Shown one piece after another: positions 39,246 through 48,047 of a stretch of DNA of 64,000 bases. The translations under genes and the position numbers were made by a program. The stretch spans positions 14,132 through 78,131 of the forward strand of contig JAMCVK010000021.1 in the NCBI GenBank assembly GCA_023475225.1. Reading direction: 5' to 3'. The notes below the pieces were generated by a model, which worked only from the letters and a program-made list of their open reading frames with translations, was not told where the DNA came from and searched no databases. Every line of letters begins with the position of its first letter. Position 1 is the first letter of the stretch. The stretch is from Chloroflexota bacterium (GTDB lineage Bacteria; Chloroflexota; UBA6077; FW602-bin22; JAMCVK01).

Positions 39246-41987
39246 TTACTGCGAACCAGAAGATAGGAAAAGGCTGGTCACAACCAGACTATCTCCAGAG
39301 CCATCGGCCAGCGGTATTCTTTTAGCTTGTTCGGGCTGGTAGAAGCCCACTTCCAGTTCGTACTTCCCCGTCGGTGCCTCCGGCCGGACGACGATGTCGT
39401 AGGTATCAGCTAAAACTTCACCCGGAATCCAACCATCGGTGGGCGCTTTCCCATCAAGAGGAACGGAATCTTTTTGGCCGTAGATTTGTCCATCTGCTCC
39501 TATCAAATGTGTGAATACCTTATAGCTATCATCCATCTGGCTCAAAGCCCGCCAGTAGAGCGTTAAATGAACTGTCTGCCCTCCCTTTATTGGCTCATCT
39601 GGTGCTGTCTTCAAATCATAACCCAGGAGCTCGATAGATGAACCAAAACGGGCCTCCTTAGAGTAAGCTATACGAGGAATGTTGAAATCCCTTTTTCGTG
39701 CTCTTACTTTCACCTTGGGGAAGCCGGAGAAGGTCTTATCCACCAGCCTGTTGGCTTTCAGCTCCAGCAACAGGGTGTAATCCCCTGTAGACGCCCGCGC
39801 GGGCACCCGCACATCAAGGTAAGTCATTAAAGTTCGGCCTTGCCGCCACCGGCTGGTGGGAAACCAGGAAGTCCCCAATACCTCCGTCTTCTGCCACACA
39901 GCCTCTCCGTTGTCAGCGATAAGGCGTGCAAGCATCTGGTAATCCTGGTCGCTATCCTTTGTTAGCTGCCAGAGGAGCTTCACGGTGATGGTATCTCCTG
40001 GACGACAGTTCTCCCCGTCCAGGCCGAAGCCCAACAGATTCAACCCCTCGAAAGAAAAGTTAACCTGGTACGGCGTGGTGGCCGGGTCATAAAGCGCGGT
40101 AAGCGGTGGAGCGTCCAGCACTCTTATTTGAGCGAGACGGACTGGACCCCTCGGCAAGGTCTGACCATCCCGCCGTAGCTCGCTCGCCTCTCCGCTTACT
40201 TTGTCATAAACAACTATCATCAGCGAGTACTGGCCTGGTGGAAGAAAGGAGGGAACCGGCATACCGTAGCGATCTACCACCTCCTCGCCGGGAGCCCATC
40301 TGTTACTGGGAAAGAAGCCTGAGGCAGGTCTGGCATCTCGCTGCCAGACGGTGCGGCCCTCTTGATCTACAAGACGCCAGGAGACCGCATAATCCCTCGC
40401 CGTCTTGTTCCCAACCTGCCAGTGCAGGGCCAGGTGCAGAATATCTCCAGGCCTCACCGAAGTGGCATCAAGGCTGAGGCCTTTCAGGAGAGCCTCTTGC
40501 TCGTAGCTAATATTCAGCGGGGTGAAATTTAGTGTTGGCGGAGCCGATGCGTAGTAGACAACACGATTCAATCCCACCCTCGCCGAGACCACTTGATAGT
40601 AGTTGATTGCCAGGTGTGTTTCGACCAGATGCTGCGGGTCGTAGGCAGCGACATCATAGTCCAAGAGCCAGATGCCCCGATGTTTTGCCATGATCTCATC
40701 CAGCCGTTGCGCAGCTAATTGCCATCCATCGGGCTCGCCGAGGGGGAACAGATAGCTAGGGATAGGTTCCTTAGCCCTCAATCTTTGGTAATACCAGAAC
40801 TGGAGTGTCTGGCTCCAGCCATCCAAGATTATGGCGTCCCCATGCTGGGCATGCCTTTCGATGTAAGTTACCGCTTCGCGAAAGTCGGTCTTTGCATACC
40901 CGTAATTGTAGAAGTGATTATACAGGGAGAATCCCTGGGTTAACACTAGAAGAAGGACGGAGACTACCCCCAGGAGAGAAGCCTTGCGATATAAGCCGAC
41001 CAAGCCTAGACCCAGCACCATATAGAATGCCGGAGCACTGACCATCAGGTAGCGGGGCGCAAACATAGGACGCAGGAGGGATACCATGAGACCCAGGGTA
41101 GTGGGGAGGAGCAGGTAGCCGAGCACGAACCAGCGCCGAAACCAGGCTGGATACCTGTGACCATCATGGCCAGCAAACCAGAGCCCGATGAGGATGATGA
41201 CCAGGAATCCGAAGGACAAACGAAACCCCTCATCCGCGGGGACTGATAACCCTAAGCTGTAATAGGTGAGGCTCTGTTTCACGATGGCTATGAGGTCCAC
41301 GGTGCCCCTTTTAAAGGGGGCGTAAGAACTAACAATTTTATTGGCAAAGGCGAGCCATGGAAGGTACAGGACGGCGATGGTGAGTTGGATGGCAAGCCAG
41401 TAAACAACTGCCCGTCGTGACCACCCCCCACGCCATATTCCCCACAACAGCAGCGTGTTCGTGAACAGAAACAAAAAGAAGGCATAGTAGTGGGAATACA
41501 GGCCCAGCAGCATAAATATGGCATAGAATCCCATATGGCGCAGCGTTGCCTGTTGAAAGGTCCGCAGGGCAAAGTAGATGGCCATAAGCCCGAACAGAGC
41601 TACTGAGGCATACATTCTCGCCTCTTGTGCATACCAGACCTGGTAAGGATTCAAGGTCAGCAGAACTGCTCCAACCAGCCCAGCAGCGCGCCATGAGAAG
41701 AGATCGGCAACTTTGAAGAGAAATGCTACTGTCAAAACATTTGCTATCAGCGAGGGAAACCTCAGAGCAAATTCGCTGGTGCCGGCCAGCGGATACCAAG
41801 CGTGCAGGAACAAGTAGTAAAGGGGAGGATGGGGTTCGGCGGTAGAGGTCAGGCGCAGGATGCTAGAAAAACTAGAGTAAGCGGTTTGAATGGAGAAGGC
41901 CTCGTCACCCTCCAGCCCGACCCCATCCAGGCGGTAGACTCTGATGGCGAAGGCCACAAATATAACCACGAGTGCGGCAGCTCGCAT
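39246..41987 (-). CDS. GT39/PMT_2-family (ArnT-like) glycosyltransferase with three C-terminal tandem beta-rich repeats
   Basis: N-terminal about 450-aa polytopic domain (RVYRLDGVGLEGDEAF...HPPLYY). The C-terminus has three ~100-aa repeats (GDILHLALHWQ.., GDTITVKLLWQ.., GQTVHLTLYWR..). Confidence 0.8.
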   Translation of the reverse strand: MRAAALVVIFVAFAIRVYRLDGVGLEGDEAFSIQTAYSSFSSILRLTSTAEPHPPLYYLFLHAWYPLAGTSEFALRFPSLIANVLTVAFLFKVADLFSWRAAGLVGAVLLTLNPYQVWYAQEARMYASVALFGLMAIYFALRTFQQATLRHMGFYAIFMLLGLYSHYYAFFLFLFTNTLLLWGIWRGGWSRRAVVYWLAIQLTIAVLYLPWLAFANKIVSSYAPFKRGTVDLIAIVKQSLTYYSLGLSVPADEGFRLSFGFLVIILIGLWFAGHDGHRYPAWFRRWFVLGYLLLPTTLGLMVSLLRPMFAPRYLMVSAPAFYMVLGLGLVGLYRKASLLGVVSVLLLVLTQGFSLYNHFYNYGYAKTDFREAVTYIERHAQHGDAIILDGWSQTLQFWYYQRLRAKEPIPSYLFPLGEPDGWQLAAQRLDEIMAKHRGIWLLDYDVAAYDPQHLVETHLAINYYQVVSARVGLNRVVYYASAPPTLNFTPLNISYEQEALLKGLSLDATSVRPGDILHLALHWQVGNKTARDYAVSWRLVDQEGRTVWQRDARPASGFFPSNRWAPGEEVVDRYGMPVPSFLPPGQYSLMIVVYDKVSGEASELRRDGQTLPRGPVRLAQIRVLDAPPLTALYDPATTPYQVNFSFEGLNLLGFGLDGENCRPGDTITVKLLWQLTKDSDQDYQMLARLIADNGEAVWQKTEVLGTSWFPTSRWRQGRTLMTYLDVRVPARASTGDYTLLLELKANRLVDKTFSGFPKVKVRARKRDFNIPRIAYSKEARFGSSIELLGYDLKTAPDEPIKGGQTVHLTLYWRALSQMDDSYKVFTHLIGADGQIYGQKDSVPLDGKAPTDGWIPGEVLADTYDIVVRPEAPTGKYELEVGFYQPEQAKRIPLADGSGDSLVVTSLFLSSGSQ

Positions 41988-42139
41988 GGTTATTTCTGAG
42001 CGAGAAGTTCGGAAAACAGAGATGCATCGCATGTCTGCAAGTCCTGCCTTTAGCGCGTCGCGATACTTCTTTATCTCGGGAGATTATAGTATATGGCGAT
42101 ACCGGTTTCCAAATCAATGTAGGAGGAATGTCGATCAAC

Positions 42140-42232
42140 GGGGGGTCCAAGGGGGCGTCCGCCGAAGGCGGACCTGCGGTGGATCTGGGGATGTGCCCCA
42201 GAGCACAAAAGAAAGCCCGCAGGGCTAGATTG
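42140..42232. repeat. Copy of the dispersed GC-rich mosaic hairpin repeat family
   Basis: ccaagggggcgtccgccgaaggcggac and gccccagagcacaaaagaaagcccgcagggctagattgaa parallel 9040-9050 and 9371-9408. Confidence 0.65.
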
Positions 42233-42334
42233 AACCATTCTCGGCACTGCAGGCCATTTCGTGGTTGCTATTGCTGTCTTCACTTAGGGCGTTTCGTTCA
42301 ATAACGAGGCATAAGGATGCTCATATGATTCCGG

Positions 42335-43726
42335 TTAGTTCTTCTCGAAGAGAGGTAAAAATACGGAAAAGATGGTTCCTTGTCCGACCTGGCTTTCAAC
42401 TTCAATCCTGCCACCATGAACTTGGGCGATATGCTGACAGATCGATAGGCCGAGCCCAGCGCCTCCCTCAGCGCGTGAACGAGCCTTATCAACACGGTAA
42501 AAACGCTCGAAGATATGTGGCAGGTGCTCTTTTGGGATGCCGATGCCTGTGTCTTTGATAGCTATCACCGCTGTTTTACCTTCCCCGACGACAGAGGCTG
42601 ATACGCTGCCGCCGCTTGGAGTGTACCTGATGGCATTTTGCAGAAGATTGAGAAATAATTGCTTCAGTTTTATCTTGTCGCCCTCTACAATAAGATTCTC
42701 CAGCGGGCCAAGGTTGAACTGAAGTCCCTTTTCCTGGCAAAGCACTTCTATGTCTGCAGACAAGTCAGTAAAAAGTTCCTTAAGTCTAACCTCCTCGAAG
42801 TTCATTTGTTCCTTACCGGCATCGCTGCGAGTCAGATACAATAGCTTACCAACGATGGCCGACATATATTCCGCCTCCTGAGAAATCAATCCAAGCGACT
42901 TCCGGTAATCGCCCTCTGCTCGTTCCTTTCGTAATGCCAGCGTGGACTCGGCTTGAATGATAGCCAAGGGCGTGCGCAACTCATGAGAAGCATCAGCCGT
43001 GAACTGACGCTGACGACTGAAAGCCCCCTCCAGGCGCGCGATCATCCGATTCGGCGTTGAAGCCAGTTTTCCTAGCTCATCCTCACTGTGCACCTCTATC
43101 CTTCTGCTCAAATCACTCTCTTCTATCTCCTGCGCCGTGCGAGTGATCTGCTCTACAGGCTTAAAGGCACGGTTTGCCAGAAACAGACCACCGCCGCCTG
43201 CCAGAGCTGCTGTTGCTAGGACTGCAATAATAAGGATATATCTGAACCTCTCCAGCATATCCTTTATTTCTGCTGTTGAGCGGCCAACCACTACGGCGGC
43301 ATGAATGCCCGATTCGTCCTTGAGAGGAACGGCATAAAGGCGGATTTCCTGATCATTCGCCATCTGACTAGCAAACGAGCTCCGACCAGCAAGAGCCTGG
43401 TCTAGCAACGTGTAAATCCGCGAGCTCTCTATTTTCCGACCCCAGCTCTGTATCAAATGTCGTTCGTTATCATAAAGCAGCATCAGTTCGACCGATTGCT
43501 CGCCAAAATTAAACTGGTTATCGTTCCGAAAGCCAATACTACCATTCTCTACCCCTAGGGAATTCTCGAGCTGCGCTGCTCCTAGTTTTAGAGAATTATC
43601 AAGACTCTGATACAGGCTGTGTGATAGCATGAAATAGGCCATTGCACCAAAGAGGGGCAGTAAGGCGCTCATGATGACCAGATACCAGATGGTCAGCCGA
43701 AATTTGATACTTTTGGTGAACCTCAT
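42335..43726 (-). CDS. Sensor histidine kinase (two TM, HAMP, HisKA, HATPase_c)
   Basis: H-box SHELRTPLAII, N-box NLLQNAIRYT, G1 IKDTGIGI, G2 GGAGLGLSI. Confidence 0.9.
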   Translation of the reverse strand: MRFTKSIKFRLTIWYLVIMSALLPLFGAMAYFMLSHSLYQSLDNSLKLGAAQLENSLGVENGSIGFRNDNQFNFGEQSVELMLLYDNERHLIQSWGRKIESSRIYTLLDQALAGRSSFASQMANDQEIRLYAVPLKDESGIHAAVVVGRSTAEIKDMLERFRYILIIAVLATAALAGGGGLFLANRAFKPVEQITRTAQEIEESDLSRRIEVHSEDELGKLASTPNRMIARLEGAFSRQRQFTADASHELRTPLAIIQAESTLALRKERAEGDYRKSLGLISQEAEYMSAIVGKLLYLTRSDAGKEQMNFEEVRLKELFTDLSADIEVLCQEKGLQFNLGPLENLIVEGDKIKLKQLFLNLLQNAIRYTPSGGSVSASVVGEGKTAVIAIKDTGIGIPKEHLPHIFERFYRVDKARSRAEGGAGLGLSICQHIAQVHGGRIEVESQVGQGTIFSVFLPLFEKN

Positions 43727-44400
43727 ACTTCCCTCAGCCGGTAGCCGGCTCCCCGCACTGTCTGAATCAGACTATTCTGGCCTCTTTCATCAATCTTGCG
43801 CCGCAGCCTTCGAATATAGACGTCTATCAGGTTAGACATGCTGTCAAACTCGTAATCCCAGGCATGCTCTTCCAGCATCGTGCGGGTGATCACCATGTTT
43901 GGGTGGCGCATGAAGTACTCCAGTATGACATACTCCTTGCTGGTCAGCTCGATCCTTCTCTGCCCCCGCCATACCTCCCTGCTCAGTGTATCCATGACCA
44001 GATCTCCTACCTGTAGCCTTGGTGATTTGGAAAATCCTTCCCGCCGCAAGAGCGCTCGTATCCTGGCCAGCAGCTCGTTGAAGGCGAAGGGTTTGATCAG
44101 GTAATCGTCGGCTCCAGCGTCAAGCCCCTTGACCCTGTCCTCCACGGAATCTTTGGCGGTTAGCATCAGGATTGGCGTGTTTACCCTCTTCAGCCGCAAC
44201 TCCTGGCAGACCCCGATGCCATCTTTCTTGGGTAGCATAATGTCAAGAATGATAAGGTCATACGGGGTGCTCTCAGCAAGGTATTCGCCATCCTCACCGT
44301 CGTATGCGGTGTCAACTGCATATCCTTCTTCCAGCAATCCCCGTTTGATGATGTTACAAAGTCGTCTTTCATCTTCGAGAACCAGAATTCTCACGATCAA
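43723..44400 (-). CDS. OmpR/PhoB-family response regulator
   Basis: Receiver domain (ILVLEDE...DLIILDIMLP...LTAK) and winged-helix output (LTSKEYVILEYF...IQTVRGAGYRL). 4-nt overlap with the kinase gene. Confidence 0.95.
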   Translation of the reverse strand: MIVRILVLEDERRLCNIIKRGLLEEGYAVDTAYDGEDGEYLAESTPYDLIILDIMLPKKDGIGVCQELRLKRVNTPILMLTAKDSVEDRVKGLDAGADDYLIKPFAFNELLARIRALLRREGFSKSPRLQVGDLVMDTLSREVWRGQRRIELTSKEYVILEYFMRHPNMVITRTMLEEHAWDYEFDSMSNLIDVYIRRLRRKIDERGQNSLIQTVRGAGYRLREV

Positions 44401-44438
44401 TCCTCCGAACCGATTACTGCGTCATTATATTACAACAA

Positions 44439-44526
44439 GATGAATAGAAGATGAACGGCGGAACTTGGGCTCACGAAGTATCAGTTTAATCTGATGTTCA
44501 TGTTCGGTTAACAGCAGATTCATGTT
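44439..44526. promoter_or_regulatory. Candidate response-regulator boxes in the divergent RR-HK / PepSY intergenic region
   Basis: GATGAA repeated at 44439 and 44450 (11-nt phasing). TTCATGTT repeated at 44497 and 44519 (22-nt phasing). Confidence 0.3.
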
Positions 44527-44596
44527 GGCATGCTAGACTGGCATCGACGAGAGCGAAGGCATCTCGTTAATCGTGATAGAAAGGAGGTGAAAGGAA

Positions 44597-45058
44597 ATGC
44601 TGAAAAAAATGCTAGCCGGAACTGGCATAGCGACCATGCTCACGGCGGGATTTCTCTTGGGTAGCCTCACCGTGGGGCCCGTCTTTGCCCAAACTCCGCC
44701 CACCACTCCTCCGGCACAGACCCAGGTGGACGAGCAACAGCCGCAGTACACAGGTTCTATCAAGGTAAACGACGCCCAATACGAGGGCATGAGTGAGGCT
44801 GATGAGGCTGCTGCATTGCAGAGCAAGGCCACCATCAGCGCTGCCAACGCGGAAGCGGCTGCTGTTGCGGCTAACCCTGGCGCCAGCGTCGTCAAGACTG
44901 AGCTTGATAACGAGAATGGCGTGCTGGTGTATAGTGTAGAGCTGAGCAACGGTAAGGACGTGAAGGTAGACGCCGGCACGGCGAAAGTACTCCACACAGA
45001 AGCAGGTGGGCTTGACCGTGGAGGTGAAGTCCACGAGCAAAAGACGGTCGAAGGCTAG
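44597..45058 (+). CDS. Secreted PepSY domain protein
   Basis: N-terminal signal/TM segment, then ISAANAEAAAVAANPGASVVKTELDNENGVLVYSVELSNGKDVKVDAGTAKVL (PepSY pattern). Confidence 0.8.
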   Translation: MLKKMLAGTGIATMLTAGFLLGSLTVGPVFAQTPPTTPPAQTQVDEQQPQYTGSIKVNDAQYEGMSEADEAAALQSKATISAANAEAAAVAANPGASVVKTELDNENGVLVYSVELSNGKDVKVDAGTAKVLHTEAGGLDRGGEVHEQKTVEG

Positions 45059-45079
45059 AACAAGCCAGCATCCAGCGCA

Positions 45080-45120
45080 GATAAGGGCAGGGACGAAAAA
45101 TTCCCTGCCCTTATCGCTTA
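45080..45120 (+). terminator. Rho-independent terminator candidate after the PepSY gene
   Basis: gataagggcaggga-cgaaaaat-tccctgcccttatc forms a 14-bp perfect stem, followed by a T-containing tail gcttatt. Confidence 0.6.
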
Positions 45121-45313
45121 TTATCCCAACCGCCGATGGCTGGTCATTCTGGTTTTGGCCCTTTGTTCTGGCCTGGCGTTTTACTTATGAAACCAGTCGA
45201 GCCTCGGTTACTTGGTGTGTCCTTGGCTGCGACTCTGCGTAGTCATGCACGTAGGTCCGTCAGCGATATAAAGCATGGCTTCAGCCCTGGGTTTAACAGT
45301 CCAGAACGTTCAA

Positions 45314-45508
45314 TCAGGCCACACAGTCAGGCTTAAATTCCTTCGGAGGACTAAAGAGGTGCTTGCAGCTCGGACAGCGGAACACACCGTGGAATGCATC
45401 ACTCAGCTTCGCCAGTATTGTAGCCTCTGCTTTTAGAGTATCCCCGCATTTGGGGGCTTGCCTTGACGGATAGGGAGCGATGCAATATAATTTCAAGTGG
45501 AGCATCAT
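45314..45508 (-). CDS. Possible small Cys-containing (zinc-ribbon-like) protein
   Basis: 64-aa ORF with C..KCGD and CPSC pairs. No strong RBS was verified. Confidence 0.25.
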   Translation of the reverse strand: MMLHLKLYCIAPYPSRQAPKCGDTLKAEATILAKLSDAFHGVFRCPSCKHLFSPPKEFKPDCVA

Positions 45509-45642
45509 TTTTCTCCTATTATCCCAAGATGGCCGACGGCGATGAAGATGCGCGTTGGCCAGTGGAAGGGGTTGTGCGTTGCATCGTCAAGTTCCTCTAC
45601 AATTATATCTAAACCCCACAATAACATCCAGGAGGTCATAGA

Positions 45643-46125
45643 ATGGAATACACGAAGATCAGCGAGATCAAGGAGTTTTCGGCCGAGAGATTCTTGAAGA
45701 AGGTGCCCCTGACTACAGAGAAGATCGTCTTTAACGCCTTTAACTTCAGGCCCCGCCAGATCCTCCCCTTGCACAAGCATCCTACTACCGACGAACTATT
45801 CTACGTGATCGAAGGTACAGGTGAGGTCACCATCGGGAATGAGCAGCGGACGATTGGTCCAACCTCGGTGATCTACGGCCCGGCTGATGTTTGGCACGGC
45901 ATCGTGAACGCCGGTGAGGACGATATGGTGGTCATCTCTGTCCAGGCACCCAAGCCAGTAGAGATGGTCTACGCTGAGAACAGCACCGTGATCTGCCCTG
46001 TCTGCAAGCAGGAGGTCATCCTCAAGGTAGATACCAAGGAAGGCGACTTGATCACCTGTCCGCGTTGTCAGGCAAGGTTGAAACTGAGCAGGGTTGACGG
46101 AAAGTGGACGGCAGTGCAGGCTTAG
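45643..46125 (+). CDS. Cupin domain protein fused to a C-terminal LysW-like zinc ribbon
   Basis: Cupin motifs LHKHPTTDELFYVIEGTG and GPADVWHGIVN. The C-terminal CPVCKQEV...GDLITCPRCQARLKL is a 4-Cys ribbon. Confidence 0.8.
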   Translation: MEYTKISEIKEFSAERFLKKVPLTTEKIVFNAFNFRPRQILPLHKHPTTDELFYVIEGTGEVTIGNEQRTIGPTSVIYGPADVWHGIVNAGEDDMVVISVQAPKPVEMVYAENSTVICPVCKQEVILKVDTKEGDLITCPRCQARLKLSRVDGKWTAVQA

Positions 46126-46236
46126 GCACCTAACGACCAGGGTGGGACGATGGTATGCCTCGCCACCGAAGCCGCCCTGTCTCTTGGGGATACACCCGAC
46201 ACCTGCCTGCATCTATATTCGAGGAGGAAACACAAC

Positions 46237-47169
46237 ATGGCCATAACATCAAGCCCTCAAGAGATCATCACCCTCTTAAATGAGGACATCACGCGGGAGC
46301 ACGAGACCATAGTTCAATATCTTCAACACGCTTACGCCATCGGTGAAGGTGCTATCGCCTGTGCAATTGAGGAGATCGCGCGGGAGGAAATGTGGCACCT
46401 GGAGTGGCTTTCTGAAAGGGTCGTGGGTCTCGGTGGTGATCCTACCCTGGAGCGGGGGGGAATAACAATAGAGAAGCAGGCCACGGCCATGCTGCGAGAC
46501 GACATCGCTCAGGAGGAAAAGGCCATCGCTCAATATCGGCGTCATATAGAAGCCATCGGCGATGAGGGAACCAAAAAGATGCTAGAGCGCATCCTCGCCG
46601 ATGAGGAATCACACCGTGACCAATTTGAGTCCATGGTCAAGGAACTGGAGGCGGCCGAAGGTGCCGCTATTGAACAAACAGCCTCGCCGGCGACGCAGCC
46701 TATCATAGGACCGCTCAACGCTGATATCAGAGACGAATATACGGCCATCCTCCAGTATCTGCACCAATCCTTCATCGCTGCGGATCCTGAGACGAGCAAC
46801 GAACTGGAGCACAGGGCAATAGAGGAGATGAAACATCTGGGTTGGCTATCTGAGAGGGTGGCTGAATTGGGTGGTGAGCCACACATCGAACGAGGAGAGA
46901 TCGATCGCTCCGTTGCTATCCCGGAGATGCTGAGGGCGAACATCAGGGCCGAACAGCAAGCGCAAGCCCAATACAGCCGTCATATTGAGGAGATCGCCGA
47001 TCCCGAGGTGAAGAGCCTTCTTTCCCGGATCAATCTCCAGGAGGCTTACCACGAGTATCAGTTCAAGGAAATGCTGGAGGAAGCGGAGAAATCAGAGACC
47101 CCCGCCCCTGCGGCGCCCAGCCCGACTGGGTTGACCGTGGGCAGTCTGCTGGGGCGAGAGCAAGAATAG
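46237..47169 (+). CDS. Tandem ferritin-like (bacterioferritin/rubrerythrin-fold) protein with C-terminal encapsulin cargo-loading peptide
   Basis: Two repeats, each with E...EEMxHLxWL...E...ExxH diiron-type ligands. A Pro/Ala linker (ETPAPAAPSPTG) is followed by LTVGSLLG at the C-terminus. ATG 46237 follows GAGGAGGA. Confidence 0.8.
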   Translation: MAITSSPQEIITLLNEDITREHETIVQYLQHAYAIGEGAIACAIEEIAREEMWHLEWLSERVVGLGGDPTLERGGITIEKQATAMLRDDIAQEEKAIAQYRRHIEAIGDEGTKKMLERILADEESHRDQFESMVKELEAAEGAAIEQTASPATQPIIGPLNADIRDEYTAILQYLHQSFIAADPETSNELEHRAIEEMKHLGWLSERVAELGGEPHIERGEIDRSVAIPEMLRANIRAEQQAQAQYSRHIEEIADPEVKSLLSRINLQEAYHEYQFKEMLEEAEKSETPAPAAPSPTGLTVGSLLGREQE

Positions 47170-47228
47170 AGAATGTCGATGATCGACCCGAAATACAAAA
47201 CCAGAATTCCTGGAAGAGAGATGAGGAG

Positions 47229-47786
47229 ATGAAAGAGATTCGCATTCACGCTAGGGCCGGGCAGGGGGCCATCACGGCTGCTATGCTCCTGGCCGTAGCC
47301 GCCTTCGAGGAGGGTAAATTTGCCTTGGCCTTTCCCCACTTCGGGGCAGAGCGGATGGGGGCCCCTATGAATGCCTTCGTCCGTCTCGATGATAAACCCA
47401 TTCGAGTGCGCAGCCAGATTCGCCAGCCAGATTGTATCCTGGTACAAGACCCTACTTTACTGCTTAGTTTTAATGTGATAGAGGGACTAAAGCCGGATGG
47501 CCTAGCCATCATCAATACAGAGAAGGAACCTGAGGCATTGAAATTGCAGACGTCCTCCAGGATAGTGACCGTACCAGCTTCAAGGATCGCTCAGGAGCTC
47601 CTGGGACGAGCGGATCGAACCAATACGGCGGTCTTGGGGGCCTTTGCCGCGGCCGGCGGAGAGATCGGACTGAAAGCGCTCAAGGCGAGCATTCGCGCCC
47701 GTTTCTCCGGTGCGGCCGCTGAAAAGAACATACAAGCGGCCGAACAGGCATATGAGTACGTGAAAGGTGCAGGAGTTAAAGTATGA
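47229..47786 (+). CDS. porG: Pyruvate:ferredoxin (2-oxoacid) oxidoreductase, gamma subunit
   Basis: IRIHARAGQGAITAAMLLAVAAFEEGKFALAFPHFGAERMGAP is the typical gamma subunit sequence. Confidence 0.9.
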   Translation: MKEIRIHARAGQGAITAAMLLAVAAFEEGKFALAFPHFGAERMGAPMNAFVRLDDKPIRVRSQIRQPDCILVQDPTLLLSFNVIEGLKPDGLAIINTEKEPEALKLQTSSRIVTVPASRIAQELLGRADRTNTAVLGAFAAAGGEIGLKALKASIRARFSGAAAEKNIQAAEQAYEYVKGAGVKV

Positions 47787-48046
47787 GGATCACTATTGGA
47801 GCAGTAGCCAAGCCCGGTTCAAGCCGGGCTAACAAGACAGGGAGCTGGCGTACGGGGACAAGACCCGCATTTCTTCAGAGTCGATGCACCGACTGTGGCC
47901 TATGTATATTGTCTTGCCCAGAGGGCATTATCTTTGGCCAGGGCAAGAACACCTACTACGCCGATTTGGATTACTGCAAAGGCTGCGGCATCTGTGCCAA
48001 CATCTGTCCAGTTAAAGATATCGTGATGGTTGCGGAGGTGAAATGA
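47783..48046 (+). CDS. porD: Pyruvate:ferredoxin oxidoreductase, delta subunit (2x[4Fe-4S])
   Basis: CTDCGLCILSCP and CKGCGICANICP motifs. 4-nt overlap with porG. Confidence 0.9.
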   Translation: MRITIGAVAKPGSSRANKTGSWRTGTRPAFLQSRCTDCGLCILSCPEGIIFGQGKNTYYADLDYCKGCGICANICPVKDIVMVAEVK

Positions 48047-48047
48047 T

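Noticed and set aside
44533-45040. ORFs 44533..44997(-) and 44612..45040(-) opposite the PepSY gene.
   Set aside because: They are antisense to a gene with a signal peptide, a PepSY motif, a strong RBS and a terminator. Their translations are Ala/Ser/Leu-rich mirror products.
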